From positions 992,001 through 1,056,000 of the forward strand of contig SMSO01000005.1 of the NCBI GenBank assembly GCA_004764695.1: a stretch of DNA of 64,000 nt. Direction: 5' to 3'. Source of the DNA: Schizochytrium sp. TIO01 (lineage: Eukaryota > Protista > Bigyra: Labyrinthulomycetes). Below the pieces are notes generated by a model that was not told the DNA's origin, ran no database searches, and was given only the letters and a program-made list of their open reading frames with translations. Made by a program: the position numbers and the translations under genes. This document shows, piece by piece, positions 9,832 through 21,400 of this stretch. The first letter of the stretch is position 1. Every line of letters begins with the position of its first letter.

Positions 9832-11691
9832 GTCCTTGGATAGGTAGCGTAAAAGGATGCCTCTGGCGGCATGGACATCACGGTCTGCTACATGGTTGCA
9901 CTTGGGATTAGGGCATTGGAAAACCTTGGATGCGCCGAGTTTATGGTGGAGGGTACCGCACTCATTGCATGTTTTTGAAGTGTAGCTCTCTTGGCAAAGA
10001 ACAAGCTTGCACCACGGGAACATCTCAGCCTTGTGAACGAGAGCCTGACGGAACCCAAAATGGCACCAACGACACATCATTCGAACAGACTTCTTGGATA
10101 TCCGTCGCTCCATCTTCCTACTCATCTTAGAGGTTTCGAATTTAGGCAAGAGAATAACACGATAGTTTTCACAAAGCCAAAGTGCGAGCTTGCGATGAAT
10201 CTCAGTGGTCTTGTTCTTGATCTTGAGTTGGGCGCGATAGAATGCGCGCTTCAAGGGGGTGTTGAAATTGTCTTTATCACTGGATGCAGTTTTCTTATTA
10301 TTTTCTTGAGCTTTATCAATCCTGCTCTGGATCTTATCAACGCGGCGACAGAGATAGAATATGGTTCTAAAATCTTTCCCTGTGCCCCATTCAATGGCGC
10401 GGCCATCAGCGTCATACATCGTCTGAAACGAGCGAACACCTGGATCTAGAGCAATGACACCATGGTGCGCCTTGGGTGCCTGGTCCATTGGACGCTTTTT
10501 TTCTTCTCGTAAGAAGCAGAAGTAGACATGCCCAAGGCGATTCATTTGCACACGCATGGCGTTCGAAATCTGGTCGGGGAGCTTTTCTTTACGTGTTCGG
10601 ATTTTTTTTAGAAAGCCGGAGGTCTTTGATTTCTTCAAATTCCAGGTACGTGCATTCACTTCGAAAATCTGTGATTCATCACGCTTGGTCCGAAACTTAT
10701 AAAAAGATTGCTCATGAACTTTCTTTTGTACAGCGAGTTCTTCGTTTTTGGCTCGTCCCGAGTTAATAGCCTTGAAGAAATCCAGAATCCCGGAATCACG
10801 GATAGCCTGTGGGACCTCGAGAACCCATTCAGGAGCACCATTCCTTTCTTTAGATCGAACGGCTTTCTTTTCTCCATAGAGGGCCCCATGTGTTTTTGGA
10901 TTCCCATCTTCATCTACTAAAACCTGCTTCGTCTTGGAATCCTTTTTGATGCACGCTTCTTGATGCAATTTGATGGCTTCTTCCTCGCCCTTCGCCACGT
11001 CTCGATGAAACGCAACGCCAGTATTGCAGGCTCTTCTAGTGACACCAAACCATTTAAGCAATTGTGTACACTGATCTTTAGTAGGGTATACCCTAACCTT
11101 TCTGGCACGGACAAGGTCATATTCTTTCTTGGTGGTCTTGCGCGCCTTCGTGCGAGTTCGCTTCTTCCTTGCTGCGTCGTCGCCGTCTATTTTGCGCTGC
11201 TCGTTTTCCGTGATGCGATGCCACAAAGACGGTGATAATTCCGAGGAGGTCTTTGGTGAAGGTGTCTGAGTCTCCGGCATGTGCATCTTGGCCGTGTACC
11301 ACGAGTTTGACATTTTTTCTTTCGAAAAGGTGTTCCAGGAGGTCGACTGCGATTCGCGCAAGTCGGTCGCGGTGCATGACCACAACTTGGCCGATTCCTC
11401 CGCGGTCGCAGGCGTCCAGTAGGGAGCACAGGCCTTGGCGTTTGAAATTGACCCCACTACCGATGTCTTTGTAGACGGCGGAAGCATCTGGGTAGGCGCG
11501 CTGGAGATCGCCAATCTGGCGTTCGAGGTCCTCCTTTTGCTTGGCCGAGGACACTCTGGCGTAGATAACGGTACATCCAGAGTTGCGTTGCTCGCGGCCG
11601 GTGGAACCGAGATCAAAGATGCGCTCAACATCGTCGCTGGCGTAGATGCGCTTTCCTCCGGGGAAGCGCGCGCAGCGCACGCATCCGCCAT
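9775..11691 (-). CDS. Fanzor2 / IS607 TnpB-like RNA-guided endonuclease
   Basis: HTH-like KVRVYPTKDQ..L..WFG..R; RuvC-I IALDPG (D 10444-10446); canonical Glu site is Pro (ILLPKF) with alternative Glu in QESYTSKTC (9988-9990); Zn finger CNEC..CPNPKC; RuvC-III DRDVHAARGIL. First ATG 11691 gives 638 aa; the frame is open to GTG 11775. Confidence 0.93.
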   Translation of the reverse strand: MADACAARASPEESASTPATMLSASLISVPPAASNATLDVPLSTPECPRPSKRRTSNARLAISSAPTQMLPPSTKTSVVGSISNAKACAPYWTPATAEESAKLWSCTATDLRESQSTSWNTFSKEKMSNSWYTAKMHMPETQTPSPKTSSELSPSLWHRITENEQRKIDGDDAARKKRTRTKARKTTKKEYDLVRARKVRVYPTKDQCTQLLKWFGVTRRACNTGVAFHRDVAKGEEEAIKLHQEACIKKDSKTKQVLVDEDGNPKTHGALYGEKKAVRSKERNGAPEWVLEVPQAIRDSGILDFFKAINSGRAKNEELAVQKKVHEQSFYKFRTKRDESQIFEVNARTWNLKKSKTSGFLKKIRTRKEKLPDQISNAMRVQMNRLGHVYFCFLREEKKRPMDQAPKAHHGVIALDPGVRSFQTMYDADGRAIEWGTGKDFRTIFYLCRRVDKIQSRIDKAQENNKKTASSDKDNFNTPLKRAFYRAQLKIKNKTTEIHRKLALWLCENYRVILLPKFETSKMSRKMERRISKKSVRMMCRWCHFGFRQALVHKAEMFPWCKLVLCQESYTSKTCNECGTLHHKLGASKVFQCPNPKCNHVADRDVHAARGILLRYLSKDMILKKNHFIESRVSLTSS

Positions 11692-11815
11692 CGGCCCAGC
11701 CCCGAAGGGCGCTTGCTGAGACCCCAAACTTCCGGTGAAAGAACTTTGCTGGTTTGTATTCGAGGTTTGCTCCACTTGCAGTGTTTGGAGCTTGACGGTT
11801 CCTCGGCCTCCCCAT
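11117..11815 (-). CDS. tnpA: IS607-family transposase TnpA (N-terminal HTH + serine recombinase)
   Basis: MerR-like HTH (GVSASALRGWADGG..R.PGGKRIY), then IYARVSSAKQKEDLERQ (catalytic Ser), DIGSGVNFKRQGL, RDRLAR and DLLGIITVF...HGKR. Confidence 0.95.
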   Translation of the reverse strand: MGRPRNRQAPNTASGANLEYKPAKFFHRKFGVSASALRGWADGGCVRCARFPGGKRIYASDDVERIFDLGSTGREQRNSGCTVIYARVSSAKQKEDLERQIGDLQRAYPDASAVYKDIGSGVNFKRQGLCSLLDACDRGGIGQVVVMHRDRLARIAVDLLEHLFERKNVKLVVHGQDAHAGDSDTFTKDLLGIITVFVASHHGKRAAQNRRRRRSKEEANSHEGAQDHQERI

Positions 11816-13946
11816 TTTCTTACCTAACCTCCACTTCTTATCAATAACCTAAATAAACATAATATATGATTAATATGAAATATAAGTTATCGAACTTTTA
11901 ACGGTTTTTGTTTTTGTTTTTTGTTTTTCCCTTATATGATCAATACTGATAGGGTCAGGTAATAATATTTCAATATGTTTAACAAAGGGGTGTTAGTTCA
12001 TTTGACAACTTCATTTTGTTTACAAAGTAAATCCCAACACAGCGCTCACTTAGATTTTGTCGATATGCAAACAATCTCCATACACAAAGGGGACGCCTTT
12101 CCAGTGTTAAACGTATGTAAATATCTGCGCCTAGCATCTGTATAAGTTGTTTCCTCAAAATATCCTGCCTTTTGCATTCTAATAAGCTATTCGCCCTCTT
12201 GAAGTGTATGTGAACATAAGTCTTATACCTAGGTGATCAAAAGGGGATTGTATATGAATCATATAATTTTCTTTATATCATTTTCGCTGTGTTGGGTTAT
12301 ATTCATTGCAAGATGCCTTGTATAAGTTTGAAATAATGTTGATGATCACACTTCCTCATAAAAGAATCCACGCCAGATCAGTGATATTTTCCTGGCTTCG
12401 GAAATATATCAACACGTCGCACAGGCCACGAGCCAATAGCAAGCACTTGAATCAAGCTTACGAAAATTTCCAGGCTCCAATGTTTAATCAAATATCCATC
12501 TGATTTGTGGCTTCAACTTTTGTTTGTAGCTGCAAACCCGCGTTTGAGATTGCTGTGTCCATACTCATACTGACGATGCGTTGCTGCCTTCACCCTCTGC
12601 ATGGAGTATCACTGCAACAAATCTCCATGTTTCGCTAATTGTTGGTGACTGTTTCACTCTATTGCAAAGCCATCAATGAACACAACTTTATACAAACGTC
12701 AAGTAAACAAATCAAAATATCAAGATCTCAGACACAGCTGTTTCGCAGCCATCCTCTAGTTTCCAAAGACTTTAATGTGCAAGCCTGAATTTTTATATCT
12801 CTGGTCAAGGGATTTATAGTCAGCCTTTATTCTGAGTTGGAAATCTATGGATTGAGAAGATCTTATCCACTCGACGAAATTCGCAGTAATTAGTTTTGCC
12901 TCTTTCTTCACTGCCACACAAAAGGCTTCCTGTATTTTTAGCATAGCCGAACATATTCGACAACTATGCTTGCTTGCTCGGACCGTCTGTGCGATTGCCT
13001 AGGTTCACAGAATTCGTGTTTGCCGTATTAGATTTAAGTAATTCTATACCTTTTTTAAAGTTTACACCTTAGTTCGATCCTTGCACCCCCTGATTTATGA
13101 ATCTAAAAGCCTAGAAATGCAATAGAATTCCCAGCGAAATATTCGTTCCACCTGGGTAGCTAGCAACACTGGGATATGAGAGTGCTATCATTGAACGCTG
13201 TAGATCTTGAAACCGAGCCTTTGATAAATAGGCTCAATTAAAGTCCTACTTGTTATAATTCTATAATATTCTCTGTTGCAGTTCAGTGCTGATTTGCTTT
13301 GTTTAGCGGATTCTGGGTATTATTCTCATTTTGAGACAAAAAACTGATAATGATTATAATTCTAAAATTACCCCACCCTTTTCAAATGCAATTAGTACAA
13401 GCAGGTAGTCTTGTAAAAGTCACCCGCATGATGACAAGAGGTTGTTTCCAAAATATTTCGCAAAAGCACAAACAGTGAATAGTTTTGTGCATTAAAAACA
13501 GTGCATTGCATGGACTCAGATTTAACTTATCAAGAACAAATCTTGACAAGAAAAGCTAAGCGCTATTCGACCTTGCGAGAATAGGTCGCCATAAGAATAA
13601 AATATGTGTATACCAGGTATACAACCTCATATCTGGCAAACATGACAAATTAAAACATTTGATGCTGATTATCTCGAATCTAATACCATCAAAACATGAT
13701 ATATTCTTTTAGACTTTTTGAGATTATGCTAAATATTTCCTTCTTCGAGTGAAAAGTTGATTAACCCTCGACCCAAATCACATTTGAACAATCTACGAGT
13801 TCAGAGGTACCATAGCTTATCATTTTCTTTTTCCTGTTAAAAATAAAGGGAATAACACTAGGCCCAGACACTTGCGTCTCAATTATGCATAACTCATGTA
13901 TTAAACTAAACTTCGTTTGAATTAAAAAAAGTATCGTAAGAATCAA

Positions 13947-15286
13947 TTATTGTAATAGCTTTAATTTCTCGGAATCTGAAAGGTCACCGAAACCCTTCAA
14001 ACACGTGTTGAGGTAGGTTTGGGCTAGATTAACCTTCTCGTAAAATATTTTCCGAGCATGATTGTATGTAAAGACATCTTCATTAGTCAACAAATCAATC
14101 TTCTGCAATGTCGCTTCAGAAAGTGCAGAAACATGATGCCGAGGAACGTTATGAGTAATATGTGTAATTGCCGGTTGCCCCACTGATTCTTTTGAAGTCT
14201 TGTAATTACACAGGCACCTGTCCGAAACCGCTCCTGTAATCTGAAATTCAAACAGGCAAATTGAAAGTTCCATGTCTTCAGTGAGACCAATGTACCAAAG
14301 CTCATTAATAATCTTCCTGTGTTCGCTCCTTACTTCGAGGAAATGGCTCATAAGTGGGTCCATGACAAATAGAACCGTGATGATAGTGTTTCTCTTTACC
14401 ATAAAGGTACCGGGTTTGAAAGTTTTTGGGGTGGTAGCATCTAAAATAGTTTCTTGTGGATGGGGCGGCAATGAAATGATCTAACCAAGCATCAAAATCT
14501 GGAGTTACACCCTTGACAAAATCTTCGGTTTTACCTCTAGGGAAACTGGTAAACCTGGTTACATGCTGGCCCCAGAGATCATACTTGCACTCTAAAAACT
14601 GTGACAAAGTTTGCGAATGAGGAGAACGAAAGATGGTCGCGATAGGAAACTCCTCATCCTTTAAATTTAAGAAACAGACCTCATCAGTTCCTGGCGATGA
14701 TTTTTGAAACGAAAAATATTTTGAAAATGTTCTCGTCGGCTTTCTCGCTTCATTATATAAGGAGGTTCCACCAGTCTTTGGAATATGCATTAGATTGACC
14801 ACAAGTTGTTCTTGGCGCGCCAATCGCATGCGTGCATCTGTTGCCATTAAATAGGGCCACTTCTGGCAATCACCAGAAAATGAGCAGTTGACCTGGGAAA
14901 TTTCCGTAACATTTCCTCCATGTTTTCCATTTGACATCAAGGTTGGCGTTGCTGACGGAATATGCACATCTTTTCCCGCGGCATTTTCTCCTTGTGTTCT
15001 CTCTGTCATCAAAATCAGGGTTGTTGACATTGCTGATGGGACATCCACTTCTTCCTTAGATCGGAGGTTTCCCACCGCAACCATCAGGACTTAAGCATTT
15101 TGTGTCATTCTCGTTATCTCGTTGTTTTGCTCTTATCGACCAGTTTGGTGCCAGCAGAGTAAGAGGTGATTCTAGCCAAAAAGAGGAGATACATGCAAGA
15201 AGAAATAAAGCAACTGTAATAGAAGCAATGATGACACAAGAAGGGTACCCCTTACTCTTGTTATTCATACTACCAAAGTTCGTCAA
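13947..15286 (-). pseudogene. Type II membrane sulfotransferase (Sulfotransfer_2-like) split by two frameshifts
   Basis: TM anchor in ORF 15056-15286; HIPKTGGTS and RSPHSQTLSQF PAPS motifs in ORF 14305-15084; IGLTE..ELS..LF and N.D..Y..A...F in ORF 13947-14471. Confidence 0.7.
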
Positions 15287-18200
15287 GCTATCACTTGACT
15301 TTGACTAGTTTATCAGTAGCTTGGCTGAGCCCAAGCAAACTGCCACGGTGCCGTTTACAAACTCTCCTCAAAAAATGGACAGAGGATCAAAAGGGAGTAT
15401 ACGAGCTAAATATAACCAAACGGGGCATCTATTGTTATTCAATCAACTGAGTAGCCGATGGTATACTGGTATACCCTTCCACGCAGAGACTATCGCAAGC
15501 CTTAAACGTGAAGCTTGCGAAGAAAGGCCGCGCCAGTGGGGTGGTGGTAGTGTACTCACGGGTTGGGACTGCCTCGTCCAGCATTCGTGATCTACTCGCT
15601 AGCTTTCTAGAGAGTATCAAGCTACTTCTGATACCCAACTGGTTTGATATATCGAATACGTTTCGCTTAAACCCCTTTTTTGCTGTAACTCTAATTACAG
15701 AATTCGAGGTCTTTTTAGAAGGGTGAATAAACTATAATTTAGTTAAAAACTTTTAACTAATAAAAACAATCATGATGGTAGTAGTTAGTAATTGCAATTC
15801 GTAATTGATATGATATGATTTTGGAAGAAAACATTTTTGAATTTAATAGTTGACATGGTGCTTCCTACTAGGGGTAGTAATACGAGTCATTAGCAAGATT
15901 TAACTTTCTTTCAAATCAAACCTAATCTTTTACGATGGAAAAGTGAGAATCAACTTTTAAAAAAATACTGAAGCACAAGTCAGACGACTACTCGCTGAAT
16001 TGAACACCTATAAGAATAACATGTTTCCTCGGATGAAACGCGGGGGTGGTTGGAATGGCTATGGTAGGAGCTACACCACTGTGGCGTTAGAAGTCGGTTA
16101 AAGTACGACGTTTGGACAAAGGCACACATGCTAAGTATTGCCTAGTAGGTTCGATGAGGGAAAGACCATTTCGGTTTCGTTGCGTTGGACACGAGGGCTG
16201 CCAAAGTCTCTGTTCCAACTGAGCGAAAAACTCGCGCTTAGAACAACAACCTTAAGTTAGTATGGAGTACAGATGGAACGTTCTAACGACGTTCTGTTTT
16301 CAACCAAACAAGATGAAATTTCTGCAAGCAGTTCTTTAATCCTGGCTAGTTTACTCGAACATCCGATGTTCTAACAAGACCATTGAGATCTATCTCAATT
16401 TATTCCACATAGCTGAAGGTTTGCTATGTAGAGCTCACAAGCAAAATTGTAGCACTTCTCAATTTGTGGATTTTTAAGACTTTGCGGTTGATATTCAATC
16501 AGCAAATTCACGAGATACGCCAATACATATAGGCCTCCCAACTCTCATTCTATATATTCCACTTACAGCCAGTCTATCGACTCCGAATCATTCACAAGAA
16601 CGATGCAGACGAGCCTTAGTTCGTGTTATTTTAATGTTTTCTAAATATGATCTTTCATCTTTTCAACTCTTTATGCAAGGATCTATACTGGTGATGCTCC
16701 AGCTACGCGGATAGCAGATAAAGCTCCAAATGAGGCTACGACTGTATCGTGTTCATATCAACTGAATTCAGAAGCTACTGTGAACCACCTGACTATTTAT
16801 AAAGGAATCAGTATTTTGGGGGTGTCCCTTTATCAAAATACTTTTAAGTACCAAAGCAACTAAAGCAAGAACCTCAAATAATCTTTTTAGATCGGTTGAG
16901 TAGATGTTTTGCACTAGTTGTTATCAAATAAGTAAGCTTGAGACGATTTCTCTTACTTCCCAAAAGTTTTGAGAAGATGCTCAAAATTGCTTGCTTTCCT
17001 TGATTGATTATTCATTTTTTAGTAACTAAGTCTTTAAACCAATATCTGAAAACCGGGAAATACTTCTCTATCCAAAACGCCTTTCATTTACTTATCTAAT
17101 ATGAGCCATTTTGATTGTCCAAGCGCAGAAACCTAGGTAGCTTTGCCAAGGTTCGCAATTTGTCGAGAATGGTCTGGTTTAGTATCGGTTCGATTTAAAT
17201 ATTCAAATACAATCGTTGTTAAATGTGCAACTATAAAACACTATTGAATATACCTTGTGAGGAAGACCCAGTAGTAGTAGACTTAATTATTAACAGTGAA
17301 AGTAGAGGAAAGCCATCACTGTGAGTCCTTGCTAAAACCCAGTAACAGAATTCATAAAGAGTTTTAGATTTAGCATATCAGAAAACTCGCCAACACAATG
17401 TTTTAGTGAGGTGATGTATAACTTTCCCCATATTTTTGCCTTTTCTCTCCTATGTTCTCTGCCCCCAACGAGGTTTTTTGGAGCTCACGTCAGCATGGCA
17501 GATGTGCGAAGTCATGCTAAATTAGTACCCCTAGACCCCTAAGATTAATCTGGTAAAATAATAAACAAGATAGTTGTCACCATATTCAGCACTATGCTGA
17601 CTGCGATTACCTCAGTGATCCTGACGCTTCGTTCAATGAATTCGTTTACACAGCAGCAACGGATGGCAAACATCTCAATTGAACATTTCCATTGAGTCTT
17701 GCATATATTGATGGTAAACAGATATATTAATATACTTCGAGGAGAAAATAAGGATTGATGTTTCTCTTGTCTCTGGTATATAAGTTGAGGAGAGAAGTAG
17801 TTTCTCTGCACAGTGGACGTAGTCCGTGAGTTGTAGTAAATGAAGCGATAAGACTGCCCACTTCAGATAAAAAGTTATAGTGATCTGGATTTTCAAGTTG
17901 AACCAAGCGTAAAGTGGGAGAGAACACCAGCATCATAGAGATTTTGATCTTAGGTACGATATAAGTGATACTTTGTTTGCATGGATATCTCTATTCCATG
18001 AACGTCTTAGATTCCATCTATAAATTACAATTATAAATCTGGTTGCTTATACAAACTTGCTTCTCATACTTTAGAAAACAGGGAATAAAAGCAAATTGTT
18101 CTCCAGAACATGTGTTGCTGTAATTGAATGTAGAACACATATGTTTGCCCAAACCTCAGGTATGTCGGGTGGAGTCTGGAGCTGGACAGGTGACACCCAA

Positions 18201-18479
18201 ACTAGGAACTTTCAGAATATAACTCTTCCGTTCTGGCGATTATTAGGTGCTAGAAATATCACTTCAAGCACCTTATCAACTAAGAACCTGTTTGTTAGTA
18301 ATAATGCTAATAGGCACTTAGGGTAAGTAGGTGGTTAGTTCTACAGTTAGACTTTTTGCGGTCGTTAGGTTAGTCGTTTGGATTTTGAATTCATCTTCAG
18401 AGGTACAAGACGAGGCAAAATAGAATCGCGGAATTGGCGGCAGCGGCCAGTCAGTTGCGTGTGATAGAGGAGACATAGA

Positions 18480-21400
18480 ATGAAACGCGTTACGGCGCCT
18501 TCAGCATCGGGTGCAGTGCCTACTTCAGACTCGCCCGAGGCGAAGAGGACAAAGACCGCAGGCGATGCCATGGCAACTAGCAAGAAGCCAAAGCCAACCA
18601 TCACAGAGCCTGTTCCTCAAAGCGGCACAGCGCATGGAGGAGGCTCACAGAAAGAGGTTACCGAGTCTGACTTTGCGTCGCAACTTGCCACGGCAGAGGA
18701 TGCGGATCTGAAAATGAGCCTGGAAAGACCACCCCTCGACGGCACGGAACTTAAAAACGACATTGTGATGCAGTGGATTGACATGGACATGTACTCCGGA
18801 AAACCTCTTGAGTCACACCCGGTCCCTGGAGAACACGTGCCAGGTATGCGAACTGGCGAAGTGCCAATCATTCGCATCTTTGGAGTTACAAACAAAGGTC
18901 AAAGTGTGATGTGCCACATATACGGTGTAACGCCATACTTTTACACGGATATCCCTTCTGAATCCTTTGAAGAAAGCGACCTTAGCAAGTTCCGCGAGGC
19001 TCTCAATGTGCGCGTGAGTTCAGCAGCCCGCATGGAAGGATCCTGTGTTGTGGCTGTTGTAATTCGCGAAAAGATGAACATTATGGGATTCTGCGATAAC
19101 AAAAAGTCAAAGTACCTTCAAGTCATGATGAGCTTGCCTAATCTCGTGCCTAAAGCGCGCAGTATTCTGCAAAACGGATTTCACTGCCCTGGGTTTAGTG
19201 AAAAGAACTACATGACATACGAAAGTAACGTACCATTTGTGCTTCGCTATATGGTGGACAATAACATCGTCGGTAGTAATTGGTTGACAATCCCCAAGGA
19301 CCGATTCCGCTCTCGAGTTGAACAATCCCGGCAATCAAGATGTCAACTCGAAATTGATGCTGTCTATGAAGACATTATATCCCATGATCCAGGTCTTCCC
19401 GAGTGGGCTGGCGTGGCCCCCTTGCGTATCCTCTCATTCGATATTGAGTGCATGGGTCGTCGCGGTGTGTTTCCTGATCCAGAGCAGGATCCAGTTATCC
19501 AAATCGCGTGTTACATCAAGGTTCAGGGCGAAGATCATGCTCGAGGCAAGGTGGTGCTTGTTCTTGATACTTGCCTGCCAATTGTCGGAGCTCAAGTCCA
19601 AAGCTTTCAGGACGAGAAAGAGCTGCTTCTTGAGTTTACTCGCCTTGTACAGCGTGCAGACCCTGACGTTGTCACAGGTTACAACGTTGAGTCCTTCGAT
19701 TTCGAATACCTTCTCGGACGTGCAAAAGCTCTTAAAATTGACTCCCAATTTGCGCAGCTGGGTAAGCTACGTAACAAGGTCGCCAAGATAAACAAGAAGA
19801 CTTTCTCATCCGCTGCCTATGGTACTCGTGAAAACTCTGAAATTGAGATGGAAGGTCGCGTGGTTATGGATATGATCCAATACATGTACCGTAATCACAA
19901 GCTTTCTTCATACTCTTTGAACGCTGTGTCTAGTGAGTTTCTTGGTCAGCAGAAGGAGGATGTGCATCATTCCATCATTAGCGATCTCCAACGTGGTACT
20001 GACGAGGATCGCCGTCGTCTTGCTGTGTACTGTCTCAAGGATGCTTACTTGCCGCTACAACTGCTAGAAAAGCTCATGGTTCTCATCAACTACCTCGAGA
20101 TGGCTCGTGTTACTGGCGTCCCTATCCCATACCTATTCTCTCGCGGACAACAGATCAAGGTTCTCAGCATGCTTTACCGGAAGTGCCTGCAGCATGATCT
20201 CATTGTTCCTGTACTCCCTCGGGCTGGCGGAGAGGGCGGCGGTGACGTGTCATACGAAGGTGCTACTGTGATTGAGCCTATTCGAGGCTTTTATGACGAG
20301 CCAGTTGCTACTTTGGATTTTGCCTCTCTCTACCCATCAATCATGATGGCTCACAACCTTTGCTATACCACTTTGATTCCTCCTGGGGGAGAAGCAAATC
20401 TTAAAGAGGGTGAAGACTATAAGAGGACCCCATCTGGTCATCTCTTTATTACGTCTCAGCGCAACAAGGGTATCCTTCCCACAATTTTGGAGGAGCTTTT
20501 AGCTGCTCGCAAGCGCGCTAAAAAGGACATGAAAAATGCAACTGACCCTCTTGTAAAGGCTGTAATGAACGGTCGCCAGCTTGCTCTCAAGGTATCTGCT
20601 AACTCAGTCTACGGTTTCACTGGTGCCACAATTGGTGCTTTACCCTGTATTCCCATCTCTTCTTCAGTCACTGCCTATGGTCGTGACATGATTAATCTTA
20701 CCAAAGAATCTGTAGAGAAGAAGTACACCATTGCAAATGGCTACACAGCAGATGCTCAAGTTATTTATGGTGATACTGATTCTGTCATGATCCGATTTGG
20801 ACTGCCGACTGTGAAGGAGACTATGAAGCTTGGTCTCAAGGCTGCTGAGGAACTGACCAAAGAACTCTTTATCAAACCCATCGCCCTTGAGTTTGAAAAG
20901 GTTTACTTTCCTTTTTTGCTCCTCGCCAAGAAACGCTATGCCGGTATGTACTATTGCAGCTCTTCAGAGAAGCCTGATAAGATGGATGCCAAAGGTCTTG
21001 AAACTGTGCGTCGTGATACATGTGGACTCGTGCGTACCGTTGTTGGGACTTGTCTGCATAAGATTCTCGTTGACCGTTCTGTACAAGGAGCGACCGAGTA
21101 CGCAAAGGAGACAATTTCTGCGTTGCTTCAGAACAAGGTCGATATTTCATTGCTCATTGTCACCAAGTCCCTCAGTGGAAAGTCTGAAGACTATGCTGTG
21201 AAACAAGCTCATGTCGAGCTAGCACGCCGTATGCAAGAACGAGATGCAGGTTCGGCACCTGTAGTAGGCGACCGTGTGCCATACGTGATTATCAAGGCTG
21301 GAAAGGATGCACCTGCATATATGAAGTCTGAAGATCCTCTTTGGGTTCTGCAGCATAACCTTCCCATTGATTTCGACTACTACTTACAGAACCAGTTATC

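Larger units (their letters stand above)
9712..11850 (-). mobile_element. IS607-family Fanzor2 transposon (tnpA serine recombinase + Fanzor/TnpB + omegaRNA); ends predicted
   Basis: Overlapping IS607 TnpA and RuvC nuclease ORFs. Right end inferred from the omegaRNA pseudoknot; left end from tandem AGGTTA..TAAGAA repeats upstream of tnpA. Identity is secure, boundaries are tentative. Confidence 0.88.

Noticed and set aside
13060-13095. GTTCGATCC T-loop-like motif (tRNA or SINE)
   Set aside because: No pairing T-stem or cloverleaf; no tRNA or rRNA was recognised in the window.
17545-17936. Overlapping short - strand ORFs with a TPR-like flavour
   Set aside because: No convincing motif; at most unrecognisable pseudogene debris.
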